Positions 51,531-61,077 of a DNA stretch of 64,000 nt are shown one piece after another. The DNA is taken from positions 100,418-164,417 of the forward strand of contig CAWIPN010000001.1 of assembly GCA_963837985.1 (NCBI GenBank), in the 5' to 3' direction. This DNA is from an uncultured Alphaproteobacteria bacterium. GTDB lineage: Bacteria; Pseudomonadota; Alphaproteobacteria; Sphingomonadales; Sphingomonadaceae. Numbering within the stretch: the stretch's first letter is position 1; every line of letters begins with the position of its first letter. A program made the position numbers and the translations under genes. The notes beneath the pieces are model-generated. The model saw nothing but the letters and a program-made list of their open reading frames with translations, ran no database searches and was not told the origin of the DNA.

Positions 51531-51640
51531 GTGTCTCCCCTTTTCGCCTGACGAATCCGGCTGATGCCTTCAGTGAAAACTTATGGCCCGCCCAACGGCC
51601 GCGCACAACTCGGAGAGGATAAAGGCGCACTCGCCAAGAG

Positions 51641-51717
51641 TGGTAGCGGAGGAGGGACTTGAACCCCCGACACGCGGATTATGATTCCGCTGCTCTAACC
51701 AGCTGAGCTACTCCGCC
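51641..51717 (-). tRNA. tRNA-Met(CAT), probably elongator
   Basis: Cloverleaf GGCGGAGTAGCTCAG..GCGGA-ATCATAA-TCCGC..GTTCAAGTC..CCA; G4:C69/G5:C68 argue against Ile2; no C1:A72 mismatch of fMet. Confidence 0.93.
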
Positions 51718-51844
51718 CCAATCGCGGCTCTCCGCTGTCCTTCCGGACCGGGCGGCGCCATTCAAGAAAGCTGCACACGAAGCAGGTGCGCGCGGCGATA
51801 TAGGAGCGGCGAGTGAGGCGGTCAACGAACGACGAGACTTCCTA

Positions 51845-51869
51845 GGAACCGGTTACGGCCGCTCTCGTT
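51845..51869 (+). promoter_or_regulatory. EcfG/sigmaT-type general-stress promoter
   Basis: GGAAC-N16-CGTT upstream of DUF3775 gene. Confidence 0.65.
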
Positions 51870-51893
51870 GAGCCGATCAAGGCAAGAGAGATT

Positions 51894-52322
51894 ATGGACA
51901 CCGCAACACCCCTCGAGACACTTTGCCGCATCGTATTGCGAGCGCGCGAATATGAAGCCCAGACTCCCAGCGAGTACGATGCCGATGAAACGGCAGACAA
52001 TGTCGATGACGAGGACGAAGGCTCGCTTTCCGTCCTCGACGATTCGATCAACGACAGCGTGGAGGAAGAACTCCGCTCGATCCTCGAGGATCTCGGAGAG
52101 GACCAGCTGATGGAGGTCATCGCGCTGTGTTGGGTCGGGACCGGCAATTACGATGCGTCGGACTGGGACGAGGCGCTCCAGGAAGCGCAGGAAATGCACG
52201 ACGACGGCGGCACCGAAGCGATTATCGACGAGCTTCTCGAAATGCCGCTGCTTCCGTCCGTTCTCGAAGCCGGCCTCGCCGCGTTCGACCTCAATTGCGA
52301 CGGTGTCGGCGAGGTTACCTGA
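51894..52322 (+). CDS. DUF3775 domain protein
   Basis: Acidic; LCRIVLRARE, L.EDQL.E..AL.WVG.G.Y...DW.EA, LLEMPLL...LEAGL..F. Confidence 0.8.
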   Translation: MDTATPLETLCRIVLRAREYEAQTPSEYDADETADNVDDEDEGSLSVLDDSINDSVEEELRSILEDLGEDQLMEVIALCWVGTGNYDASDWDEALQEAQEMHDDGGTEAIIDELLEMPLLPSVLEAGLAAFDLNCDGVGEVT

Positions 52323-52332
52323 CGCCGCCGCG

Positions 52333-52821
52333 TCAGCGGAAGGTCCAGCTCGCAAGCGACTCCCAATCGCCATCGACGTAACGAACCAGCTGAAGCCCCG
52401 GGACCCTGAGCGGCCGCGGTTCGATAACGCCTCTCATTTCGCGAAGAAGCGCTCGGGAAACGCTAGGCTCCACCTTGTTCTGGATGGTGATGTGCGCAGT
52501 CCATGCGCCCTGATCCTGCGCCGAAAGGAGTCCGTGAAACTCGGCCGCAAGATCGGCCCGGATTTTCGCCAGGTCCGGTGAGGCAACGCGAAGCGCAACG
52601 CCGCTGTCGAGGTCCATTGCGCCGACAATCTGCGCGTCCGGTGCTTTCGCCTGTGCCGCTCGAGCGAGGCTTCGCCGAACCTCGTTTTCGGCCGAGGGCG
52701 GCAAGGACCGGAAAAGAGTCAGGTGCGCCGGCACCCGGTTGCGCTCCGGCGGGTAATGCCGGCGGCGAAGCGAATCGAGCCACGCGAAGTCCGCTTTGCC
52801 CAGCTCACCGATGACGATCAG
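52333..52821 (-). CDS. 2'-5' RNA ligase / 2H phosphoesterase family protein, no canonical start codon found
   Basis: Two H-x-T motifs (PAHLTLF, AHITIQNK); RRRHYPPERNRVPAHLT; start placed at CTG 52821 tentatively. Confidence 0.75.
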   Translation of the reverse strand: MIVIGELGKADFAWLDSLRRRHYPPERNRVPAHLTLFRSLPPSAENEVRRSLARAAQAKAPDAQIVGAMDLDSGVALRVASPDLAKIRADLAAEFHGLLSAQDQGAWTAHITIQNKVEPSVSRALLREMRGVIEPRPLRVPGLQLVRYVDGDWESLASWTFR

Positions 52822-52832
52822 CGCAGCCGCTT

Positions 52833-54773
52833 CTAGATCTCCAGCTGGCTTCCAAGCTCGACGACGCGGTTGGTCGGAAGCTTGAAGAACTCCATCGCGC
52901 TTTCCGCATTGCGAAGCATCCAGGCGAACAATTTTTCGCGCCAGATCGCCATTCCGGGCCGGGCGGAAGCAAGCAACGTCTGGCGCGCGAGGAAGAAGCT
53001 GGTGTCCATCATCTTGCACGTCGGCCCAACCCCTTCGACGCGCGCAAGCGCGGCAGGGACGTCGATTTCCTCCATGAAGCCGTAGCGGAGCACGATCCGG
53101 AAGAATCCCGAGCCATAGTCGTTGACGGTGCAGCGATCCTTGCGCCGGATGAAGGGAACGTCTTCGATTCGAACGGTCAGCAGGAAAACGCGCTCGTGGA
53201 GCACCTTGTTGTGCTTCAGATTGTGCAGGAGCGCGTGCGGCACGCCCTCCATCGAACTGGTCATGAACACCGCGGTGCCGGGAACGCGCGCGGCACTGGG
53301 GACCGCCGACTTGATGAATATCTCCATCGGCAGGGTCGCCTCGTTCATTCGCGAGATCATCAGCTGGCGCCCTCGAGCCCAGGTCGTCAGCAAGGTGAAG
53401 GCTATCGTCGCGATCAGCAGGGGGAACCAGCCGCCCTGCGGCACCTTCAGGAGGTTCGCGGAGAAGTAGAGAAGGTCGATCCCGAAGAAGAGGAACAACA
53501 GCCCGAACACCAGCCAGCGGTTCCATTTCCACATCACCAGAAGCACGACGCTGATGAGGACGCCGTCTATGAGCATGGCCCCCGTCACCGCGATCCCGTA
53601 CGCCGCCGCGAGGTTCGACGAGTTGCCGAAGGTAAGGACGAGCAGCAGCACCATGACGAGCAGCGCCCAATTGATCACGGGGATGTAAATCTGCCCGGCA
53701 GCCGATTCGCTGGTGTGGGTAATCCGCAGCCGTGGAATGAAGCCCAGCTGGATGGCCTGCTGAGTCACGGAAAAAGCGCCCGAAATCACCGCCTGGCTGG
53801 CGATGATCGTCGCCATCATCACCAGGAGCACCAGCGGGAGGCGGAGCATATCCGGGGCCATGTAGAAGAACGGGTTCTTCACCGTCTCGACCGCGGCGCC
53901 AGGGTCTTCGGAGAGCAGCATCGCCGCCTGCCCCATGTAGTTCATCAGCAGCGCCGGCATGACGAAATAGAGCCAGGAAACCCGGATCGGCTTGCGGCCG
54001 AAATGGCCCATGTCCGAATACAGTGCTTCGGCACCGGTCACTGCCAGCACGACGGACCCCATGGCGACGAACGCCCTCACCGGCTCCTGGACGTAGAAAT
54101 TCACCGCGTTCCACGGATTGAGGGTGTTCAGGATCACCATCGGCCGATCGACGATGTGCCATGCCCCAAGCACCGCCAGCACGAGGAAATAGAACATCAT
54201 GATCGGGCCGAAGAGAGCACCGACCTTCGCCGTCCCCCGGGCCTGGAGGGCAAACAGTCCGACCAGAATCACCACCGCCAGCGGAATAACGAGCGGGTCG
54301 AAAATCGGATTGACGGTCTTGAGACCCTCGACGGCGGAAAGCACTGAAATTGCCGGGGTAATCATCGAATCGCCGTAGAACAGCGCGGTCGCGAACACGC
54401 CCAGCAGAACGATTCCGCCAGTCCACTTGGCGCGACCGTCGAGCGAGCGGTTGATCAGCGCCAGCAGTGCGAGGCTGCCGCCCTCCCCCTTGTTGTCGGC
54501 GCGCATGATGACCGTCACGTATTTCACCGTGACGATGATCATCATCGACCAGAAAATGAGGCTCAGGACTCCCCAGATGTGAAGCTGGTCGGGGACGAGC
54601 GTGTGGGTTCCGGCGAATGTCTCGCGGAACGAGTAAATGGGACTGGTCCCGATATCGCCGTAGACGATACCGATCGCCGCAATGGCCAGCTTGTGCAGCG
54701 GGCCATGCGCCTCGGGGTGGTGATCTTCGTTGGTCGTCACCTCTTCCGCGACGCCGGTTCCGGTAATGCTCAT
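52833..54773 (-). CDS. kup: KUP/HAK/KT potassium transporter
   Basis: [59 protein letters not shown]. Confidence 0.97.
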   Translation of the reverse strand: MSITGTGVAEEVTTNEDHHPEAHGPLHKLAIAAIGIVYGDIGTSPIYSFRETFAGTHTLVPDQLHIWGVLSLIFWSMMIIVTVKYVTVIMRADNKGEGGSLALLALINRSLDGRAKWTGGIVLLGVFATALFYGDSMITPAISVLSAVEGLKTVNPIFDPLVIPLAVVILVGLFALQARGTAKVGALFGPIMMFYFLVLAVLGAWHIVDRPMVILNTLNPWNAVNFYVQEPVRAFVAMGSVVLAVTGAEALYSDMGHFGRKPIRVSWLYFVMPALLMNYMGQAAMLLSEDPGAAVETVKNPFFYMAPDMLRLPLVLLVMMATIIASQAVISGAFSVTQQAIQLGFIPRLRITHTSESAAGQIYIPVINWALLVMVLLLVLTFGNSSNLAAAYGIAVTGAMLIDGVLISVVLLVMWKWNRWLVFGLLFLFFGIDLLYFSANLLKVPQGGWFPLLIATIAFTLLTTWARGRQLMISRMNEATLPMEIFIKSAVPSAARVPGTAVFMTSSMEGVPHALLHNLKHNKVLHERVFLLTVRIEDVPFIRRKDRCTVNDYGSGFFRIVLRYGFMEEIDVPAALARVEGVGPTCKMMDTSFFLARQTLLASARPGMAIWREKLFAWMLRNAESAMEFFKLPTNRVVELGSQLEI

Positions 54774-54944
54774 GCGTGCAAAGTCGATTCAGGCTGTTCG
54801 CGGACGCGCACTCTATGTGCCACTGCCCCTGGCGTGGCGACGGGCGCGGCCTAGCACTCGTCCCGAAATGCCGCAATCGCTGCTTACAAGTGGCAAAAGC
54901 CCGTCTATAGGCGCCGCGCTGAACATAATTGGAGCGAACGAATA

Positions 54945-56060
54945 ATGCGTATTGGGGTGCCGAAAGAGATCAAGAACAACGAGTTTCGAGTCGGCCTGAC
55001 CCCCGCATCGGTTGCCGAACTCGTCGCCGCCGGCCACGAGGTCAACGTCCAGGCCACTGCCGGCGAGGGGATCGACTGCCCCGATTCGGCCTTCGAGAGC
55101 GCCGGTGCCAACATCCTCGAAACCGAAGCGGACGTGTTCGACGCCAGCGACATGATCGTGAAGGTGAAGGAGCCGCAGCCGGAGGAGATCAAGCTCCTCG
55201 AGCCGCGCCACATCCTCTTCACCTATCTCCACCTCGCCGCCGACAAGCCGCAGACCCTGGGGCTGATGGAATCGGGCGCGACCTGCATCGCCTATGAGAC
55301 CGTGACGTCCAGGAGCGGGTCGCTTCCGCTCCTCAAGCCCATGAGCGAGGTCGCCGGCCGCATGTCTGTCCAGGTCGGCGCGCATTATCTCGAAAAGGAG
55401 CAAGGCGGCCGCGGAGTCCTGCTCGGCGGAGTGCCCGGAGTGGGACCTGCGAAGGTCGCCATTCTCGGCGGCGGAGTCGCCGGCGTGAACGCGGCCCAGA
55501 TGGCCGTCGGAATGCGGGCCGATGTCACCATCTATGACATCAACATGGAACGCCTGGCGGAACTCGACATGTTCTTCTCGAGCCAGATCAAGACCGCTTA
55601 CGCGTCCAAGGCGGCGATCGCACGGGCAGTCGAGAAATCGGAGCTCGTGATCGGCGCCGTCCTGCTTCCAGGAGCCGCTGCGCCGAAGCTCGTCACCCGC
55701 GACATGCTCCCGACGATGAAACGCGGTTCGGTGCTCGTGGACATCGCGATCGACCAGGGCGGGTGCTTCGAGACCAGTCACCCGACAACCCATGCGGACC
55801 CCGTGTACGAAGTGGATGGAATCATTCACTATTGCGTTGCAAACATGCCGGGCGCGGTCGCCCGTACGTCGGCCTTCGCCTTGAACAACGTCACCCTGCC
55901 GTTCGTGATGAAAATCGCGAACCTGGGCGCTGAAGAAGCGATGCTCCGCGATCCGCACCTCGCGGCGGGACTGAACGTGTCGGGCGGAAAGGTCCGGCAC
56001 GAGGCCGTTGCCGAGGCGCTGGGGCTTCCGTTCGAAGGTGCGCTTGGGCTGGAACATTAA
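54945..56060 (+). CDS. ald: Alanine dehydrogenase
   Basis: IGVPKEIKNNEFRV, VKVKEP, FTYLHLA, PMSEVAGR, DIAIDQGGCFETS, HYCVANMPGAV. Confidence 0.97.
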   Translation: MRIGVPKEIKNNEFRVGLTPASVAELVAAGHEVNVQATAGEGIDCPDSAFESAGANILETEADVFDASDMIVKVKEPQPEEIKLLEPRHILFTYLHLAADKPQTLGLMESGATCIAYETVTSRSGSLPLLKPMSEVAGRMSVQVGAHYLEKEQGGRGVLLGGVPGVGPAKVAILGGGVAGVNAAQMAVGMRADVTIYDINMERLAELDMFFSSQIKTAYASKAAIARAVEKSELVIGAVLLPGAAAPKLVTRDMLPTMKRGSVLVDIAIDQGGCFETSHPTTHADPVYEVDGIIHYCVANMPGAVARTSAFALNNVTLPFVMKIANLGAEEAMLRDPHLAAGLNVSGGKVRHEAVAEALGLPFEGALGLEH

Positions 56061-56076
56061 AGGAACATGCAACGTT
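56051..56076 (+). promoter_or_regulatory. EcfG/sigmaT-type general-stress promoter
   Basis: GGAAC-N17-CGTT overlapping the ald stop, upstream of DUF3072 gene. Confidence 0.65.
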
Positions 56077-56114
56077 CGCCTTTCGACCCACGTGATTGAA
56101 AAGGCGACGAATCG

Positions 56115-56339
56115 ATGTCCGAGAAAATTCCCGATCATCCCAAGCAAAATCCGACCGGAAACGCGGAAAAAGACCCCGATGAATGGGTCACCGGCGATGA
56201 AGGAATGACGGGCGCGCAGGCGTCCTATCTCAAGACCTTGTCCGAAGAGGCAGGCGAGGAGTTCGATCCCAACTTGAGCAAGGCCGAGGCGTCCGAGAAG
56301 ATCGACGCTCTTCAGGAGCGGACCGGGCGCGGCGATTAA
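56115..56339 (+). CDS. DUF3072 domain protein
   Basis: KDPDEWVTGDE.MTGAQASYLKTLSEEAGE.F...LSKAEAS.KIDAL. Confidence 0.88.
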   Translation: MSEKIPDHPKQNPTGNAEKDPDEWVTGDEGMTGAQASYLKTLSEEAGEEFDPNLSKAEASEKIDALQERTGRGD

Positions 56340-56947
56340 GGCTTTGCGGGTTTGTCCAAGGCCTTGATGGCATCGGCCACCATCGGCCGCCAGGACGCAT
56401 CGTCGGGTGCCGAGGCGAGAAGTTGCTTCCATAGCGCCACGGCGCTGTCGCCATCCCCGGAGCGAGCGAGCGCAAGGCCGAAGAAAAACAGCGGCGCGGG
56501 ATGCCCCGGCGCGAGCTCGGCGGCGCGCCGGTAAGCGAATTCGCTGGCCGGCGTAAGCACGCCCGCGTGATCCACAAGCGCATTTGCTAGTCCGACCCAC
56601 AGCTGGGCGTCCCGCGGATGCTCGCGAACGGCGGAGGTGAGGATATCCACCGCTTCCTGAGTATTGCCGCGCTCGGCGAAGGCTTCGGACATGGCGAGCC
56701 AATGCTCCGTTGGCGAAAAGTTGCCGAAGAAGGCGTGGCGCACATCGGCAAGCGGAATCGGCGATTCGAGCGATTGCGCGGAGCGCGGCGATCCAGCCAG
56801 CCCGGGATGCCCCTGAATGACGTAGCCGACGCAGCCGAACAGCAGTGCCGAGGCGGTCATCATCAGCATTGGCCCGCGCACGCGAAGCAGCCACAGGCAG
56901 CCCAGTGCAGCTGCGAACAGCAGCGCGAGAACGATCCAGCCGCTCAC
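56336..56947 (-). CDS. TPR protein of cytochrome c maturation (CcmI/CycH-like)
   Basis: N-terminal TMs, TPR-like W..L...L, P..F.GLALA..G...A..LW..LL; coupled to ccmH. Confidence 0.75.
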   Translation of the reverse strand: MSGWIVLALLFAAALGCLWLLRVRGPMLMMTASALLFGCVGYVIQGHPGLAGSPRSAQSLESPIPLADVRHAFFGNFSPTEHWLAMSEAFAERGNTQEAVDILTSAVREHPRDAQLWVGLANALVDHAGVLTPASEFAYRRAAELAPGHPAPLFFFGLALARSGDGDSAVALWKQLLASAPDDASWRPMVADAIKALDKPAKP

Positions 56948-57360
56948 TCGGTCGCCCTCTTCTTCAGCCGTGTGCGGGCGACGAACGCGCCCGCGGCAAG
57001 GAGCGCCAGCGGCGCCAGCCATAGCGGCCAGGTGAGCGGCTCCGACGGCGGGCGGAAGGTGATCCAGGCGCCGTACCGGTCAATGAGCCACGATCGGATC
57101 GTCGACGGCTTCTCGCCCGCGGCAATTCGGCGGCGCACCATGTCCCGCATGTCGCCGGCAAGCTCGGCGTCCGAATCGGCGATCGACTGCCCCTGGCACA
57201 CGAGGCAGCGGATTTCTTCCATGAGAGCCTGTGCCTTCGCCTCCTGCCGCGCGTCGGGAAGCTGGCGATTGGCCCAATAGGCCGGCGGAAGCGACGAGTT
57301 GGCGAGCGCGGGTACCGGAGCCGCAGCAGCGAGGGCGAAGGCGAAGAGCAGGTGCTTCAT
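56944..57360 (-). CDS. ccmH: Cytochrome c biogenesis protein CcmH/CycL
   Basis: IRCLVCQGQSIADSDAELA.DMR, RYG.WI..RPP. Confidence 0.93.
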   Translation of the reverse strand: MKHLLFAFALAAAAPVPALANSSLPPAYWANRQLPDARQEAKAQALMEEIRCLVCQGQSIADSDAELAGDMRDMVRRRIAAGEKPSTIRSWLIDRYGAWITFRPPSEPLTWPLWLAPLALLAAGAFVARTRLKKRATE

Positions 57361-57881
57361 CGCGCGCCCCGTATCGCTTCCATTAATGCCGGGATGTCGT
57401 CTGGCTGAATGGGGCCGATATGTTGCATGCGAATCATTCCCCGCCCGTCGACGACGAACGTTTCGGGGACACCGGCTGAACCAAAAGCGAGCTGGATGTT
57501 GCTCTGCCGGTCGGCTCCGATCTCCACGAACGGATTGCGGTTCTCGGAAAGGAAGCGGGCGAGGTCCGCCGGCTTGTCGCGGACCGCGATCCCGACGATC
57601 GGAACGCCCTGCTTCCTGAGCTGCCAGAGGACGGGCGCTTCCCCCACGCACGGCACGCACCAGCTCGCGAAGAAGTTCACGAGCTTGGGCCTTCCGTCCG
57701 CGAGATCCGCCGAGGAAATCGGCTTTCCGCCCGGAATGGCTGCCGGGGCTGCAAACTGCGGGACCTTGCTGCCGACCATCGCCGATTCGATTGCGGTGTC
57801 GGGCGGGTTCGCGAGCCTCCACACGAGGGCCGCGACGACGACCCCGATGACGAACAGCGGCAGGAGACGAAGCCACCTCAC
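57357..57881 (-). CDS. ccmG: Periplasmic thioredoxin CcmG/DsbE
   Basis: VNFFASWCVPC, GVPETFVVDG.G.IR.QHIGP. Confidence 0.93.
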   Translation of the reverse strand: MRWLRLLPLFVIGVVVAALVWRLANPPDTAIESAMVGSKVPQFAAPAAIPGGKPISSADLADGRPKLVNFFASWCVPCVGEAPVLWQLRKQGVPIVGIAVRDKPADLARFLSENRNPFVEIGADRQSNIQLAFGSAGVPETFVVDGRGMIRMQHIGPIQPDDIPALMEAIRGAR

Positions 57882-59782
57882 CAGTCGCGCTCCTTTCGCC
57901 AGCCGCGCCACGCCCGGCCGCCGAGCGACAGGGCGCCGCCCAGCGCAATAAGGCCGCCTCCGAGCCAGATGAGGGTCACGAGCGGTTTCCACCACAAACG
58001 GATCTGCCAGCGCCCGTCCTCGGCGGGCTTGCCGATGACGGTATAAAGCTGGCCTGCAAGAACCGTTTCTATTGCCGCTTCGGTCGTCTGGGTCGGCGGA
58101 TCGGTGTAAAATCGCTGCTGCGGTTTCAACACCGTCACGCCGCCACCCCGTGACGCGCGAAGCTCCGCCTGCAGCGCCGTCCAGTTGGACCCAGCCGCAG
58201 GCGTGACGGATTTCAGCTCGACCAGCCATGGTCCGACCGCGATCGGCTCGCCGGGCCGGGCCGCGGTGAGTACTTCCTTGGTCAGCAGCGTGCTCGCCGC
58301 CATTCCCGCAATCGCGACAGCGACGCCGAAGTGGGCGACGACCATGCCCCAGGTTGAAAGCGGCGTTCGCCGGAGCTTTCGCCCGAGCAGCGGAAGGAAC
58401 GCCGAGATGGCCAGCATCGCGGCCACTCCGAGCGCGATCTTGGCGAGGACGCTACCCCCGGGGATGACGATGAAAGCGATAACGATGACGGTGACGCCGA
58501 CGAGGGCCGGGATGACGAGCCGCTTGACCCTGGCGCCGGAGTCGCGTCGCCAGTTGAGGAGCGGCCCGACGCAGACGAGCATGACGAGCAATAGCGCCAT
58601 CGGTCCTGCGACGGTGTCGAAATACGGCCCGCCGACCGAAAGCTTGGCTCCAGTCAGTGCCTCGACGACGAGAGGATATAGCGTTCCCACGAAGACGATA
58701 CCGAGGATCACGGTCAACAGGAGGTTATTCCCCACCAGCGCCGCTTCGCGGCTGACCAGTTCGAAACGAGGTCCTTCGGCAAGCTTGCCCGAGCGCAGGG
58801 CGAACAATGCGAACGCCGCGCCGACATAGATGGCGAGGAGGACGAGAAGGAAAGACCCGCGCTTGGGATCGACGGCGAAGGCGTGAACGGAGGTCAGAAT
58901 TCCGGAGCGGACGAGAAACGTACCGACCATCGACATGGAAAAGGCGATCATCGCCAGCATCACAGTCCAGGCGCGAAGCGAATCGCGCGCTGCGAGCACG
59001 CCGACCGAATGGAGGAGCGCGGTAGCGGCAAGCCACGGCATCAACGATGCATTCTCGACCGGGTCCCAGAACCACCAGCCGCCCCAGCCCAGCTCGTAAT
59101 AGGCCCAATAGCTCCCGGCCGTGATTCCCAGCGTAAGCAGAATCCAGGCGCCCAGAACCCACGGACGCATCGCCTTTGCAAGGGCGCTGTCCACACGCCC
59201 GGTAACCAGCGCACCCACGGCAAGGCTGAACGCGACCGAAAGCCCGACATAGCCAAGGTAAAGCGTCGGCGGATGAAAGACGAGCCCGGGGTCCTGGAGG
59301 AGCGGATTGAGCCCCCTGCCCTCGAACGCCGGTGGATACAGTCGCTCGAATGGATTGGACGAGAACAGAAGGAAGGCGAAAAAGCCCATCGCGAGGGCAC
59401 CCTGCGCGCCGAGCGCAGCGGTCAGAGTCCGCTCCTCGAGCCTGCGTGAAAAGATCGCCAGCGCCGCCCCCGCCACTCCAAGGATCGTGACCCACAGGAG
59501 CATCGAGCCCTCGTGGTTCCCCCACGCGCCGGCAACCTTGTAGAGCCATGGCTTCGCGCTGTGGCTGTTCTCCGCCACCAGAAGGACCGAGAGGTCCGTT
59601 CGCGCGAACACGAGCATCAGCATGCCCATCGCGAAGAGTGTCAGTGCGCCCTGGACAATGGCGATCGAGCGCACTGGTGCCGTGCCGGCACGAGCCGGCG
59701 CCGTTCCAAAGCCGAGGAACATCTGCAGCAGGGCGAGCGCGGCAGCGAGCCACAGCGCGGCAAGGCCGGCCTCGGCGATCAC
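57878..59782 (-). CDS. ccmF: Heme lyase CcmF
   Basis: WGNHEGSMLLW, LNPLLQDPG..HPP, WAYYELGWGGWWFWDPVENAS, RSGILTSVHAFA. Confidence 0.96.
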   Translation of the reverse strand: MIAEAGLAALWLAAALALLQMFLGFGTAPARAGTAPVRSIAIVQGALTLFAMGMLMLVFARTDLSVLLVAENSHSAKPWLYKVAGAWGNHEGSMLLWVTILGVAGAALAIFSRRLEERTLTAALGAQGALAMGFFAFLLFSSNPFERLYPPAFEGRGLNPLLQDPGLVFHPPTLYLGYVGLSVAFSLAVGALVTGRVDSALAKAMRPWVLGAWILLTLGITAGSYWAYYELGWGGWWFWDPVENASLMPWLAATALLHSVGVLAARDSLRAWTVMLAMIAFSMSMVGTFLVRSGILTSVHAFAVDPKRGSFLLVLLAIYVGAAFALFALRSGKLAEGPRFELVSREAALVGNNLLLTVILGIVFVGTLYPLVVEALTGAKLSVGGPYFDTVAGPMALLLVMLVCVGPLLNWRRDSGARVKRLVIPALVGVTVIVIAFIVIPGGSVLAKIALGVAAMLAISAFLPLLGRKLRRTPLSTWGMVVAHFGVAVAIAGMAASTLLTKEVLTAARPGEPIAVGPWLVELKSVTPAAGSNWTALQAELRASRGGGVTVLKPQQRFYTDPPTQTTEAAIETVLAGQLYTVIGKPAEDGRWQIRLWWKPLVTLIWLGGGLIALGGALSLGGRAWRGWRKERDW

Positions 59783-60228
59783 TTCTCGACCGTTGTCGCC
59801 GCCTTGTGCTCGGCGGCAATGTTGCCGAGTTCGGGCGGCATGTAGCGCTCGTCGTGTTTGGCGAGAATCGTATCCGCAACGAAGACGCCGTCGCCACGCA
59901 TGTGGCCTTCGGCGATAGCGCCGCTTTGTTCGCGAAACAGGTCGGGCACGATTCCACGATAGACCACCGGCACCTGCGCCTTGCCGTCGCCAATTCGAAA
60001 ATGGATGGTGACGCCGTCCGGGACCTTTGCGATCGACCCCTTCTCGACCATGCCGCCAAGCCGGATCGGCTGTCCGACCGCAGCTTTGCCGGACGCAATC
60101 TCGGCGGGAGTGTAGAAATATGCGGCGCGGTCCTTGAGGCCCCACATCGCAAGCAGGACGGCCGCGAGTACCGCCACGACGGCAAGGACGATCAGAACCA
60201 GCCGCTGGTGTTTAGGCTTGGCTATCAC
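59779..60228 (-). CDS. ccmE: Heme chaperone CcmE
   Basis: IRLGGMV, VPDLFRE..G.IAEG, ILAKHDERYMP. Confidence 0.95.
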   Translation of the reverse strand: MIAKPKHQRLVLIVLAVVAVLAAVLLAMWGLKDRAAYFYTPAEIASGKAAVGQPIRLGGMVEKGSIAKVPDGVTIHFRIGDGKAQVPVVYRGIVPDLFREQSGAIAEGHMRGDGVFVADTILAKHDERYMPPELGNIAAEHKAATTVEK

Positions 60229-60353
60229 TTTCGCCGAAGCCTCTCCGCTTCGCGTTCGGCACGGCGCATGGCGCGCAGCGAAAGCAGCAGCAGCGCCGCC
60301 GTCGAAACGATTGCGACCGCATAAGCAGCGATAACGAATGGCCACGGGTTCAT
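60225..60353 (-). CDS. ccmD: Heme exporter protein CcmD
   Basis: 42 aa, hydrophobic N-half (WPFVIAAYAV) and basic tail; between ccmC and ccmE with 4-bp overlaps. Confidence 0.8.
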   Translation of the reverse strand: MNPWPFVIAAYAVAIVSTAALLLLSLRAMRRAEREAERLRRK

Positions 60354-61066
60354 TCGCTGGATGTCCGTCTCAGGCGCGCTTCGACCCGAGCTCTCGCGAG
60401 CTCGCCCCGCATTCGCATCAGGACCGCGGCTGCAAACAGGAAGGTGAAGCCGAAGACGGTCAGTGGAAGCGGCCACAGGATCGACGGCGCGATCGTCGAC
60501 CCGGACAGGCCGATACTCTCGCCCTGGTGCAACGTCCTCCACCACAGCACGGAGAAATGGATGATCGGCAGGTTCACCGCACCGACCAGACCGAAAATCG
60601 CCGTCATGCGCCCTTCTCCGCTGCGCTCGCTTTCGGCGGCGGCGAGCGCGATGTAGCCAAGATAGAGGAAAAACAGGATCAGCATCGAGGTGAGCCGCCC
60701 ATCCCATTCCCACCACGTGCCCCAGGTCGGGCGTCCCCACAGCGAGCCGGTGACGAGGCAGACGGCCGTGAAGGTCGCTCCGCACGGAGCGATTGCACGG
60801 CCGGCGACAGCAGCGAGCGGGTGCCGCCACACGAGTTGCACGATTGCAGCAGCGGCAATGCCAGCCCACCCGGCCATCCCGAGCCAAGCGGCCGGGACAT
60901 GGATGTAGATTATCCGTACGGTCTCGCCCTGAAGGTAGTCCGGCGGCGTGAACAGCAGACCCGCAATCATACCGGCTGTTGCAAGCACCAGGCCGATAGC
61001 CAGCAACCAGCCGGTCGCAGGCCTCGCGATACGAAGGAATCGCGCCGGGTTCGCAAGCGCGTGCAT
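60350..61066 (-). CDS. ccmC: Heme ABC exporter permease CcmC
   Basis: IIYIHVPAAW, WWD-type motif GSLWGRPTWGTWWEWDGRLTS, NLPIIHFSV.WW.TLHQ. Confidence 0.96.
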   Translation of the reverse strand: MHALANPARFLRIARPATGWLLAIGLVLATAGMIAGLLFTPPDYLQGETVRIIYIHVPAAWLGMAGWAGIAAAAIVQLVWRHPLAAVAGRAIAPCGATFTAVCLVTGSLWGRPTWGTWWEWDGRLTSMLILFFLYLGYIALAAAESERSGEGRMTAIFGLVGAVNLPIIHFSVLWWRTLHQGESIGLSGSTIAPSILWPLPLTVFGFTFLFAAAVLMRMRGELARARVEARLRRTSSE

Positions 61067-61077
61067 TGGGCCGGCGA

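Noticed and set aside
51641-51717. tRNA-Ile2 or initiator tRNA call for the CAT tRNA
   Set aside because: Acceptor stem has G4:C69/G5:C68 rather than the TilS determinants, and lacks the C1:A72 mismatch and triple G:C anticodon stem of fMet.
49880-51720. Integrative element or prophage at tRNA-Met (also checked tRNA-His and tRNA-Val)
   Set aside because: No integrase and no duplicated tRNA 3' end (att) found by eye; only a remnant islet can be argued.
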